This document shows positions 36,735 through 45,504 of a DNA stretch of 64,000 nt, piece by piece. A program made the position numbers and the translations under genes. The stretch is from a bacterium (lineage in GTDB: Bacteria; Gemmatimonadota; Glassbacteria; GWA2-58-10): positions 25,796 through 89,795 of the forward strand of contig JAJFUG010000073.1 of NCBI GenBank assembly GCA_021372515.1. Reading direction: 5' to 3'. How positions within the stretch are numbered: the stretch's first letter is position 1; each line of letters opens with the position of its first letter. The notes under the pieces were generated by a model that worked only from the letters and a program-made list of their open reading frames with translations, made no database searches and was not told the DNA's origin.

Positions 36735-36860
36735 GTGTGGAATGAAAAATCTGTCTTGTATCTTGAGATTAATGTGAGCCTCGATGGAAGAAAGGTTCGC
36801 TTTACTGCGTTGTATTTTAAGAGGTTGGAATGAGCATGGTGGGAAATATGCTAATAAATC

Positions 36861-36889
36861 TTGACAAACAAGAGTAAAGGAATTATAAA
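36861..36889 (+). promoter_or_regulatory. consensus sigma70 promoter (TTGACA, 17 nt, TATAAA) inside the islet
   Basis: The -35 TTGACA is at 36861-36866 and the -10 TATAAA at 36884-36889, with an exact 17-bp spacer. Confidence 0.5.
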
Positions 36890-36895
36890 TTAAAC

Positions 36896-36954
36896 AATCC
36901 ACGTATGTGGAGGTGGATGGCTTTGCCATCGGAGCCCGCAAGGGCTCTTTTTTT
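36896..36954 (+). ncRNA. candidate small RNA (about 58 nt, three hairpins, intrinsic terminator GAGCCC-GCAA-GGGCTC + T7)
   Basis: A promoter lies immediately upstream. The hairpins are CCACGTATGTGG, ATGGCTTTGCCAT and the terminator stem at 36932-36947 with T7 at 36948-36954. No ORF is present. It converges on the 3' end of the DUF3800-like gene. Confidence 0.3.
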
Positions 36955-37825
36955 ATCCTATAAATTTTTTCCCAGAACCAGCTATCCTGCCGTTTGATTG
37001 ATAATATTTATTCTGCAATATCGCTACTATCTGTCTTGAAAATACTCCGAGCTCTCTCTCAAATAAATTTTGCTCAGACAAAATTTCACACCAGCTCGGG
37101 TGGGCAAGAAGATCAACTAATTGAAGACCTGCGATGTTATTGCTTTTCTGCTTGACTTTTAATTGTGAGCTTGTGAGGTGTTGTGTAAGATAACCTTTTT
37201 CAAGGTAATGAGTTCCTTTGTTGTAGAGATTGTTAAAGGCTTCTTTTAATTTCTTGTCCTCTTTTCCTCCTCTGGATTCTGCAAGAACATCCCCAGTAGC
37301 TCCTGTACTTCTTAGAAAGAAAATATATCTTTCAAGCATAACTTCCAAACAATAGTGGTAAGGATGATATATCCAAGTGGAATATGTTTCTTTATGTGCT
37401 TTCTTATCTATGCATATGGTTATAACTTTGAAATCCCACCTTCTCAAGCAATTAAGTAGTTCGGAATTGAATTGCTTTTCCGTTTCTGGATCAGAAAGCA
37501 CTGAGAATACATCTCGTTTGTTTACAATGTCTTTGCGATGCAAGATCACTGGATCATCAGGGTGCTGTCCGAAGAATCTTTTCTTTAGGGACTCCATTTC
37601 TGGAAATACGACATCATCAATGTGGTCTAATTTGAAAATGACACCAGTCAAACTTAAGAATCTATGAATGGGATTTGAGGAGCTTCCCAGGTCTGGATTG
37701 CCGACTTCATCGATATACATTCTGTATTTGGCTGCTGAATTCATGATGGTATCAATTCCACTGATGTTTGCTAATATAGAGAACCAAATTATGTCGTTCA
37801 TGTTTTGCTGTAAAACTGAATTCAT
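36953..37825 (-). CDS. DUF3800-like protein (N-terminal MYIDEVGNP motif)
   Basis: It is AT-rich. The motif RMYIDEVG sits near the N-terminus as in DUF3800 family members. The start is ambiguous (ATG 37825 or ATG 37720). It lies 2 nt downstream of the pyk stop. Confidence 0.55.
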   Translation of the reverse strand: MNSVLQQNMNDIIWFSILANISGIDTIMNSAAKYRMYIDEVGNPDLGSSSNPIHRFLSLTGVIFKLDHIDDVVFPEMESLKKRFFGQHPDDPVILHRKDIVNKRDVFSVLSDPETEKQFNSELLNCLRRWDFKVITICIDKKAHKETYSTWIYHPYHYCLEVMLERYIFFLRSTGATGDVLAESRGGKEDKKLKEAFNNLYNKGTHYLEKGYLTQHLTSSQLKVKQKSNNIAGLQLVDLLAHPSWCEILSEQNLFERELGVFSRQIVAILQNKYYQSNGRIAGSGKKFIG

Positions 37826-37827
37826 TG

Positions 37828-38847
37828 CTAAATATAAGCTTTCTCCGCTTCCTTTGTCACCGCGGCGGCAACCCGCACCACCTCGACTGGATAGCGGCCG
37901 CGGGCGGTCTCGCCGGTGAACAGCAGCCAGCCCGTGCCGTCCAGCACCGCGTTGTAGATATCGCTCACCTCGGCCCGGGTGGGCACAGGGTTAACGCACA
38001 TCGATTCGAGCATCTGGGTCGAGGTGATCGACTCCAAGCCCAGGGCGGCGGCCCGGCGCAGCACGTGTTTCTGGGCCGCGGGCACCCGCTCCAGACCGAT
38101 CTCGGCCCCCAGGTCGCCTCGCGCCACCAGGACACCGTCGGCTGCTTCCAGTATCCCCTCCAGGTTGTCTAAGGCCTCGGCGCGCTCGACCTTGGCGATC
38201 AGGCGCAGACTTGCTCCGCGTGCGGCCAGGTAATCCCGTACCTCCCGCACCGAGCCGGCATCCCGCACGAACGAAAGCGCCAGGCTGTCGAACCCGAGGG
38301 CGGCCAGGCAGTCCAGGTCGGCGCGATCCTTGGCGCTCAAGGCAGGGAGCCTGAGGTCGAGCCCCGGGGCGTTCACCCCCTTGCGCCCCTCCAGCGCCCC
38401 GCCGCGGACAATCCGGCAGCGCGCCTCCACGCCCGGTTCCAGTACTTCCAGCTCCACCGCCCCGTCGTTCAGCAGCACCCGTGCGCCAGGCACGAGCGCC
38501 CGGACCAGCTCCGGACAGTCGAGCGTTATCCGTCCGGCGCCGAGCGGCGCTTCGCCCGCGCAGAGGACAGTTTCCCGTCCTGCCTCCAGCCGCACGCCGC
38601 CCTCCGGGGCCGTGGCCGTGCGTGGTCGTGGCCCCTGAAGGTCGGCCAGCAGGCGGACTCGCTGTCCGCTGGCTTTCTCGGCTTGTCTGAGGGGAACGAG
38701 CAGGCGTTCGCATTCGCCGGGGGTAAGATGGGAGAAATTGACCCGCACCCCGCGCATTCCGGACTCGATCATGGCCTCAAGAATGGGCTGGGAGGCGCAG
38801 GACGGTCCCAGGGTGCACATTATTCCGGTGCGCAGCGGTGCGGTCAT
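37828..38847 (-). CDS. pyk: pyruvate kinase lacking the C-terminal (allosteric) domain
   Basis: A and B domains are present (MTAPLRTGIMCTLGP..., NFSHLTPGE, MVARGDLGAEIG). The protein ends at ...VVRVAAAVTKEAEKAYI* after 339 aa, where canonical PKs continue with a roughly 130-aa C domain. The ATG overlaps the pfk stop (ATGA). Confidence 0.8.
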   Translation of the reverse strand: MTAPLRTGIMCTLGPSCASQPILEAMIESGMRGVRVNFSHLTPGECERLLVPLRQAEKASGQRVRLLADLQGPRPRTATAPEGGVRLEAGRETVLCAGEAPLGAGRITLDCPELVRALVPGARVLLNDGAVELEVLEPGVEARCRIVRGGALEGRKGVNAPGLDLRLPALSAKDRADLDCLAALGFDSLALSFVRDAGSVREVRDYLAARGASLRLIAKVERAEALDNLEGILEAADGVLVARGDLGAEIGLERVPAAQKHVLRRAAALGLESITSTQMLESMCVNPVPTRAEVSDIYNAVLDGTGWLLFTGETARGRYPVEVVRVAAAVTKEAEKAYI

Positions 38848-40193
38848 CCGGCAGCCGCGCCGATCCGGCCCGGCTGCCCGGTGGCCGAGAGCACGCTGTT
38901 CCAGAGGCTGCTCTCCAGGGCCACCTTTTTCTTGCCGTGGGTGACCTGGCTTAATGGCACGTGGGTCATCACATTGTGCCACAGGCCGACCACCATGTCG
39001 GTCTTGCCGGCCATGGCGGCGTGCACCGCGGCGCGGCCCAGGTCGTTGCAGAACAGAGCGTCCCCGGCATCCGCCGGCACGGAGCGCACCACGTAACTCG
39101 GGTCGATGTACTTGAGGTTCACCTCGTGGCCGCACCCGGCGAAATGCGCCTTGATCCTGTCGCGCAGGAACGTGCCCACATCCCGGGACATCTGGCTGTA
39201 GGCGATGTTGCCGCTCTTGTCGCGCATGATCTCGCCGCTGTCGACCAGGTCGAGTCCCGCGCCCTCGGCGGCCACGATTACGGCGTGGTTGCGCCGCACC
39301 AGGCGTTCCTCCAGCAGCTCGAACAGGCCGCCCGGTCCCTCCAGGCTGAACGGGCACTCGGGGATCAGGCAGAAATTGACCACCATGCTGGCCAGCGTGG
39401 CGTGGCAGGCGATGAACCCGCTGTCGCGTCCCATCAGCTTGACCAGGCCCACGCCGTTGGGCGCTCCCTCGGCCTCGTTGTGCGCGCCCAGGAGTACCTG
39501 CCGCGCGGCCTGGACCGCGGTGTCGAACCCGAAAGTCTTGTAGACGAAAAGGATATCGTTGTCGATGGTCTTTGGCACGCCGATCACGGACAGCTCGTAG
39601 CCCTGGCGCAGGGCCTCCTCGGCCACGCCGTGCGCCCCTTTCAGGGTGCCGTCCCCGCCGATCGTGAACAGGAGGTTCACTTTCCAGCGGCGGCAGGCCT
39701 CCACGATCAGCGCCGGGTCGACCGCGCCGCGCGAGGAGCCGAGGAACGAGCCGCCGTTGCGCTGAACGCCCTCCACCCGCTGGGGGGTGAGCTCCAGCGG
39801 GGTCTGGGCCGAGGCCATGTCGAACCCGGCGTAGCCGTAACGCACCCCCAGCACCCGTCGCACCCCGTAGCCGTGGTACAGCTCCAGGAAAATGGACTGG
39901 ATGACGTTGTTGATCCCCGGGCAGAGTCCGCCGCAGGTGACAATGGCCGCCCGGGTGCTCTGCGGGTCGAAATAGATACGCCGCCGCGGCCCGGCGCACT
40001 CGAAAGAGGCCGGTTCCCCGGGGCCGTTCTTCCGGGGCAGGTAGACATCCAACGGGATACGCCGGTCATCCGACTTGTAGTCCGGCAGCCCGTCATCCGG
40101 ACGGGTCGAGAGCCCGAGCGGTGAATCGAGCTGCGGAGCGCCCAGGCTCAGCACCTCCAGGTCTTTCCTCTCCGGCTGGAAATCTATTGCCAT
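38844..40193 (-). CDS. pfk: 6-phosphofructokinase
   Basis: It has PFK motifs GGDGT, PKTIDNDI and MGRDSGFIA. The 449-aa gene overlaps the glgP-like stop by 10 bp. Confidence 0.85.
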   Translation of the reverse strand: MAIDFQPERKDLEVLSLGAPQLDSPLGLSTRPDDGLPDYKSDDRRIPLDVYLPRKNGPGEPASFECAGPRRRIYFDPQSTRAAIVTCGGLCPGINNVIQSIFLELYHGYGVRRVLGVRYGYAGFDMASAQTPLELTPQRVEGVQRNGGSFLGSSRGAVDPALIVEACRRWKVNLLFTIGGDGTLKGAHGVAEEALRQGYELSVIGVPKTIDNDILFVYKTFGFDTAVQAARQVLLGAHNEAEGAPNGVGLVKLMGRDSGFIACHATLASMVVNFCLIPECPFSLEGPGGLFELLEERLVRRNHAVIVAAEGAGLDLVDSGEIMRDKSGNIAYSQMSRDVGTFLRDRIKAHFAGCGHEVNLKYIDPSYVVRSVPADAGDALFCNDLGRAAVHAAMAGKTDMVVGLWHNVMTHVPLSQVTHGKKKVALESSLWNSVLSATGQPGRIGAAAG

Positions 40194-42751
40194 AGGATCA
40201 GCCCCAGCTCGTAGGGGTGGACCATGTCGACATGGCGCGGCAGCACGCGCAGGGTGAACCCGTGCCTCCCGCTGTGGGAGCAGCGCACCAGCCCCTCGAA
40301 GCGGTGCACACCGTCGCCGCCCGCGCCCTTGTGCTCCATGACCACCGTGTTCGACCCGGTGATCTCGCGCCGCTGGTTGAGTGTGCCGTAATAGACCTCC
40401 ACCGAGATATCCTCGGGCGTGAGCGAGCCCAGGCGCACCTCGGCCCGGACTTTCATCTCCGTGCCGACCAGGTACTCGCGGTCGACCTCCGCTTCGGCTT
40501 TCTCGATGCGCACACCACCCCAGGCCTCCCGGACCCGTCTGGTCCAGGCGGCCAGTTCCCTGGCGCGGGCGTAGTTGTCGGCCGAAAGGGTGACCGTGCT
40601 CTCGGCGGCGGGCAGGTAGAAACGCTCCAGGTATTCCTGGACCATGCGGTTGGTGTTGAACACCGGCCCGAGCTTGGAGATCGAGGCGCGCATCTTGTCG
40701 ATCCAGCGGCGCGGCTGACCGTTCTCGCTGCGCTGGTAGAACTGCGGCACCACCTCGTTTTCCAGCAGGTTGTACAGGGCGTTGGACTCGATCTCATCCT
40801 GAAGGGCCAGGTCGGTGTATTCCTCGCCCTTACCGATGGCCCAGCCGGAGTCGCGCTCCAGCTCGTAGGCCTCATCCCACCAGCCGTCCAGGGTGCTCAG
40901 GTTGAGCGCTCCGTTGTAGACCGCTTTCATGCCGCTGGTGCCCGAGGCCTCCATCGGACGGCGCGGGTTGTTCAGCCAGACATCCACTCCCTGGACCATG
41001 TAGCGCGAGACCACCAGGTCGTAGTTTTCGAGGAACACGATCCGGCGGCGCACCTCGGGGTCGTTCGAAAAATGCACGATCTGGCGGATGAAAGCCTTGC
41101 CCTCCTCGTCCCGCGGATGGGCCTTGCCGGCGAAGATGAACTGGACCGGGCGGTCCTTGCTGTTCATGATCCGTTTCAGGCGCTCGACGTCTTTCAGCAG
41201 CAGAGTGGCGCGCTTGTAGGTGGCGAAACGGCGGGCGAACCCGATGGTCAGCAAGCCCGGCTCCAGCACCTCATCCGCCAGGGAGATTTCCTGGGCCGAG
41301 GCCCCGCGCTCGGAAAGCTGTCGCTTCAGGCGCTTGCGGGCGAAAGCCACCAGGCGCTCGCGGCGGCGCTCGTGGGTGCGCCAGATTTCCTCGGCCGGAA
41401 TCTGGTCCACCCGGTCCCAGACCGCCGTGTCCGTGGGGTTCTCGCGCCAGCGGTGCCCCAGGTAGCGGTCGTAGAGGGAGGCGAAATCGCGGCTCAGCCA
41501 GGAGTGGATATGCACGCCGTTGGTCACGTGGGTGATCGGCACGTCCTCCAGGGGCACGCCGCTCCAGACATTCTGCCACATGTTGCGGCTGACCGCGCCG
41601 TGAAGGCGGCTCACGCCGTTGTAGTAGCCCGAAAGCCGGAAAGCCAGGTAGACCATGTTGAACGGTTCGAGGTCGTTATCCGGGTTGCGGCGCCCAAGGG
41701 CCAGAAAGCGGCGTTTGTCCAGGCCGAGCTGCCCGTACAGCGGCGAGAAATAGTAGTCCACCATGGCCGGGTCGAACGTGTCGATGCCGGCCGGGACCGG
41801 GGTGTGGGTGGTGAAAATGGTGCCCGGCCTCACCGCGGCCAGGGCCTCATCGAACGAGAGCTTTGCGTCGGTGGTAAGCCTCCGGATACGCTCGATGCCC
41901 AGGAACGCGGCGTGGCCCTCGTTCATGTGGCAGACATCCGGGTCGATCCCGATGGCGTCCAGCGCGATCAGCCCGCCCACGCCCATCAGGATTTCCTGCT
42001 GGATGCGCATCTCCTTGTCCCCGCCGTAGAGCTGGTAGGTGATCGCCCGGTCGGAGGGGCTGTTGGCCGGGACATTGGTGTCCAGCAGATACAGCGGCAC
42101 CCGGCCGACCTGGGCTTTCCAGATGCGGGCGCAGACATTGCGGCCGGGGAACGGCACGCAGATCACGATCTGTTTGCCCTGGGCGTCGTTGACCGGGGCC
42201 ACCGGCAGCTTGTAGGGGTCGTTGTCGTAGTAGGATTCCTGCTGGTACCCGTCGATATTGAGGTACTGGCGGAAATAGCCGTGCTGGTACATCAGGCCCA
42301 CCCCCACCAGGGGGGCGCCCAGGTCGCTGGCGCTTTTCACGTGGTCGCCGGCCAGCACGCCCAGGCCGCCGGAGTAGATCGGCAGGCACTCGGAGATGCC
42401 GAACTCGGCGCTGAAATAGGCCACGGTCATCTTGTAGTCCTGGTCACCGTGGGCTTTCTGGAACCAGGTGCGCGTGTCGGCCAGGTACTCTTCCAGACGC
42501 TGACGGGCCGAGTTCAGGTGGTCCAGGAACCCGTCATCCACGGCCAGCTTGTCCAGGGTGGTCTGGTCGATCGTGTCCAGGATGAGCGAGGGGTTGTGGC
42601 GGGTCGCTTCCCAGAGGTTGGGGTCCATGCGCCGGAACAGCTCGATCAGGTCATGGTCCCAGGCCCAGTACAGGTTGCCGGCGATCTCGCGCAGCACGCG
42701 GAGTTTTTCGGGCAGCGCGGGGACAATCGAAAACTCGGTGATGTTTTTCAT
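40184..42751 (-). CDS. glgP: alpha-glucan (glycogen/maltodextrin) phosphorylase, GT35, DUF3417-type N-terminus
   Basis: The 855-aa protein has the N-terminal block LYWAWDHDLIELFRRMDP, SAEFGISE..LPIYSGGLGVLAGDH and the PLP-binding region in the C-terminal half. Confidence 0.85.
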   Translation of the reverse strand: MKNITEFSIVPALPEKLRVLREIAGNLYWAWDHDLIELFRRMDPNLWEATRHNPSLILDTIDQTTLDKLAVDDGFLDHLNSARQRLEEYLADTRTWFQKAHGDQDYKMTVAYFSAEFGISECLPIYSGGLGVLAGDHVKSASDLGAPLVGVGLMYQHGYFRQYLNIDGYQQESYYDNDPYKLPVAPVNDAQGKQIVICVPFPGRNVCARIWKAQVGRVPLYLLDTNVPANSPSDRAITYQLYGGDKEMRIQQEILMGVGGLIALDAIGIDPDVCHMNEGHAAFLGIERIRRLTTDAKLSFDEALAAVRPGTIFTTHTPVPAGIDTFDPAMVDYYFSPLYGQLGLDKRRFLALGRRNPDNDLEPFNMVYLAFRLSGYYNGVSRLHGAVSRNMWQNVWSGVPLEDVPITHVTNGVHIHSWLSRDFASLYDRYLGHRWRENPTDTAVWDRVDQIPAEEIWRTHERRRERLVAFARKRLKRQLSERGASAQEISLADEVLEPGLLTIGFARRFATYKRATLLLKDVERLKRIMNSKDRPVQFIFAGKAHPRDEEGKAFIRQIVHFSNDPEVRRRIVFLENYDLVVSRYMVQGVDVWLNNPRRPMEASGTSGMKAVYNGALNLSTLDGWWDEAYELERDSGWAIGKGEEYTDLALQDEIESNALYNLLENEVVPQFYQRSENGQPRRWIDKMRASISKLGPVFNTNRMVQEYLERFYLPAAESTVTLSADNYARARELAAWTRRVREAWGGVRIEKAEAEVDREYLVGTEMKVRAEVRLGSLTPEDISVEVYYGTLNQRREITGSNTVVMEHKGAGGDGVHRFEGLVRCSHSGRHGFTLRVLPRHVDMVHPYELGLILWQ

Positions 42752-42861
42752 TGGGTGTCCCTTGTAGTCCAGCGTCTTGGGCGGATTGAAAGCATGAGCG
42801 CGGCTCCCCGTGCGGGCGCTTTGCTCCGGAGATTGTCGGGTTTCAGCGGCTGCTCTGCGGC

Positions 42862-43638
42862 TCAGCCGCTCTCTTTCTGTATCTGCAACAGCGAGCTGAG
42901 TCCCACATCCAGATGAATGTCGGTGAACTTGTCGAACACGGCGCGCGAGCTGCGCCGTGTCTTGATCCCTTCCTCGGTCAGCGGCAGGTCGCTGATCAAC
43001 AGCAGCGCCCCCACTCTTAGCCCCAGGGCGAACCCGACCGCGAACACGGCGGCGGTCTCCATGTCGATGGCCCGGGCGCGCTCGGCCAGCAGCACCTCGC
43101 GGAACGACTGGTCGAACTCCCAGAAACGGTACCCGGTAGTGTGGATAATGCCATGGCGGCAGGTCAGGCCCCGCCGGTCGAGTTCGAGACTCAGGTGGCG
43201 CTGGATCAGGAAATAGGGCAGGGCCGGCACCCGCTCGGGCAGGTAATGGTGGCTGGCCCCGTCATCCCGGATCGCCGCGGTGGGCAGGAAGAAATCTCCC
43301 ACCCGGTGCTTGGCGCTCAGGCCCCCGCACAGGCCCAGGAACAGCAGCGCCCTCGGCTCCACCGCGGTGAGCACATCCACGATCAGGGCGGCATTGGGCG
43401 AGCCGATGCCGAAACAGACCAGGCTGATCCCGGCGGAGGGATCATGCGCGGCGCTCATGGCCGAGCCGCGCTGGCTGGAGCGCCCGGCGCCCGCGGCGAA
43501 ACGCTCGGCGTAGAGCTGGAAATTGGTCAGAAGGACATAGGGTTGAAACAGGTCCGGCGCGCTGCCTGTGTAACGCTCCAGGGTTTCGCGGGCAATCTGT
43601 CGTTTCCGGGAGCGCTTGTCGGGCGCTGGCTGATCCAT
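42862..43638 (-). CDS. nucleoside phosphorylase family 1 protein (PNP/MTAP/AMP-nucleosidase-like)
   Basis: It has PNP_UDP_1 patterns (LFLGLCGGL ... IDMETAAVFAVG). The N-terminal roughly 60 aa are unrelated. Confidence 0.6.
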   Translation of the reverse strand: MDQPAPDKRSRKRQIARETLERYTGSAPDLFQPYVLLTNFQLYAERFAAGAGRSSQRGSAMSAAHDPSAGISLVCFGIGSPNAALIVDVLTAVEPRALLFLGLCGGLSAKHRVGDFFLPTAAIRDDGASHHYLPERVPALPYFLIQRHLSLELDRRGLTCRHGIIHTTGYRFWEFDQSFREVLLAERARAIDMETAAVFAVGFALGLRVGALLLISDLPLTEEGIKTRRSSRAVFDKFTDIHLDVGLSSLLQIQKESG

Positions 43639-43905
43639 CCGGTCTCCACCTTTCTTGCCTCTGTGCCGGTCCAGTCAAAATTAATTTAAACTTCCCGGGC
43701 CGGATAAGCAACAGCGGATTCAGCTTTAAACGCGCCTGGGGCCTGTCCTGGGCCGCAAGAGCCGCGGGAAAAACGCGAAAATCCTCATGGGAATCGGGCT
43801 TGCCTCATCCCCCGCCTGGGGGCTATTTTTATCAACACCGCCGGAGCGAGAGGGAACGGCTGCGCGGCGGGAGATTTTTTCAACCTTGAGACGAAAGGAA
43901 CTGTC

Positions 43906-44907
43906 ATGGAACCCTTGCGTGTAGGACTGGCCGGACTGAATTTCGGCAAGAAACTGGCCCTGAGCGGCACGAAAAACCGCAGCATCCAGGTGGTGGCCTG
44001 CTACAGCCGCACTGCGGCCTCGCGCGAGAAATTCGCCGCCGAGTTCGGCTGCACCCCCTGCGAGAGCTACAACCAGATGCTGGAGCACCCGGAGCTGGAG
44101 GCGGTGATTGTCGCCACGCCCAACCACAATCACCTGGAACAGGGCTACGAGGCCGCGGTGCGGGGTAAGCACGTGTTCGTGGACAAGCCGATCACCAACA
44201 GCATCAAGGAGGGCGAGGCCCTGGTCTCGGTCTGCCGCGATAATGGAGTGAAGCTCTGCGTGGGCCACAGCACACGCTTTTCCGGATCGTACACCAAAAT
44301 ACGCGAGCTGGTGCAGGCGGGCCGGATCGGACAGCCGCTGGTCGTGGAGGCGCATTTCGGGTCGAGCAACGCGTTCGGCCTGCGGCCCGGAGACTGGCGC
44401 TGGAGCCAGGCCACCTGCCCCAGCCAGTCGCTCATCCAGATGGGCATCCACCTTCTTGACGTGATGCGGGCCACCCTCGGCGAGGTGGTGAGCGTGAGTT
44501 CGCATTTCGAGAACGTGATGCTGGACATGGACAACCCCGACCTGAGCGCCACGCTGCTGGAGTTCGAGTCCGGGGCCACCGGGGTGCTGGTCTCGAGCTA
44601 CATCCACAACGACTGCTACAGCGTGTGGCACGGAAGCGAGGGCCTTCTGCGCTACATGTACTGGGTGGATGACGGGCGCATCGAGCGACTGGACAAGTTC
44701 GGGCACGTGGATGAGAGCGACCACTGGATCGATTTCGAGCCGCAGGACAGCCTGGCTGTGGAGCTGAAGGATTTCCAGGGCGCGGTGCGCGAGGACCGCG
44801 AGCCGATTGTCAACGGCGAGGAGGGCCTTCGCAGCCTGGCCCCGGTTCTGGCCGCGGTGATCAGCGCCCGCGAGGGACGGCGGGTGTATATAGACGAGCT
44901 GCTGTAA
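43906..44907 (+). CDS. Gfo/Idh/MocA family NAD(P)-dependent oxidoreductase
   Basis: It has the Rossmann N-terminus LRVGLAGLNFG and the EKP motif (FVDKPI). Confidence 0.85.
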   Translation: MEPLRVGLAGLNFGKKLALSGTKNRSIQVVACYSRTAASREKFAAEFGCTPCESYNQMLEHPELEAVIVATPNHNHLEQGYEAAVRGKHVFVDKPITNSIKEGEALVSVCRDNGVKLCVGHSTRFSGSYTKIRELVQAGRIGQPLVVEAHFGSSNAFGLRPGDWRWSQATCPSQSLIQMGIHLLDVMRATLGEVVSVSSHFENVMLDMDNPDLSATLLEFESGATGVLVSSYIHNDCYSVWHGSEGLLRYMYWVDDGRIERLDKFGHVDESDHWIDFEPQDSLAVELKDFQGAVREDREPIVNGEEGLRSLAPVLAAVISAREGRRVYIDELL

Positions 44908-45000
44908 AGATGACGCTGCGGGAGGGGTCGGGGAAAAGGCCTGCACACGTTGCGAGCGGATGAATGCTGAGCTGGCTGTTCATTCAAGCGGGAGATCAGG

Positions 45001-45438
45001 ATGAATAAATTGATAGTTGCCGCGCTGTCGCTGCTGTTGACGGCTGGAGCCCTTTTGGCCCAGGGCGCGGAGAAAACGGAACAGAAACCGGAGCCGCCTT
45101 TCTCGAACGCGGTCAAGGCCCAGGGGCTGGTTTTCGTGGCCGGACAGATCGGCGCGGAGCCCTCCAGCGGCAAGATGGAGCCGGAGATCCGCGCCCAGGT
45201 GCGTCAGGCGCTCCAGAACATCAAGGCTGTCCTGGAGGCCAACGGCTCCGGGATGGACCGGGTGGTCAAGACAACCGTGTTCCTGACAGATATCGACTAT
45301 TTCGGCGCGATGAACGAGGAGTATGTCAAGTTCTTCCCGGGCGCCAAGCCCGCCCGCTCCACGGTGGCCGTGGCGGCCCTGGCCCGCGGCGCGCTGGTCG
45401 AGATCGAGGCCGTTGCGGTGGATGGGCAAGCGAAATAG
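45001..45438 (+). CDS. RidA (YjgF/TdcF) family protein with N-terminal signal peptide
   Basis: It has a signal peptide (LLLTAGALLAQGAE) and the RidA core (RSTVAVAALARGALVEIEAVAV). Confidence 0.8.
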   Translation: MNKLIVAALSLLLTAGALLAQGAEKTEQKPEPPFSNAVKAQGLVFVAGQIGAEPSSGKMEPEIRAQVRQALQNIKAVLEANGSGMDRVVKTTVFLTDIDYFGAMNEEYVKFFPGAKPARSTVAVAALARGALVEIEAVAVDGQAK

Positions 45439-45463
45439 ACAGGCTGGGATTGCCGTAAGCACT

Positions 45464-45490
45464 GTAGGGGTGGGTTTCAAACCCGCCCCC
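45464..45490 (+). repeat. REP-like element GTAGGGGTGGGTTTCAAACCCGCCCC
   Basis: A GTAG head is followed by an imperfect 10-bp palindrome. Confidence 0.5.
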
Positions 45491-45504
45491 CGCATTATGA
45501 TGCT

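Larger units (their letters stand above)
36740..37850. other. second low-GC islet carrying a DUF3800-like gene, abutting the 3' end of pyruvate kinase
   Basis: GC drops to roughly 35-40 % between 36740 and 37850. The boundary lies inside the last 6 codons of pyk. Confidence 0.6.

Noticed and set aside
36750-36950. AT-rich stretch as possible degenerate pyk C-domain remnant or prophage/IS end
   Set aside because: No frame shows PK C-domain motifs. No inverted terminal repeats or integrase/transposase ORFs are present. It is treated as islet non-coding DNA with a promoter and small-RNA candidate.
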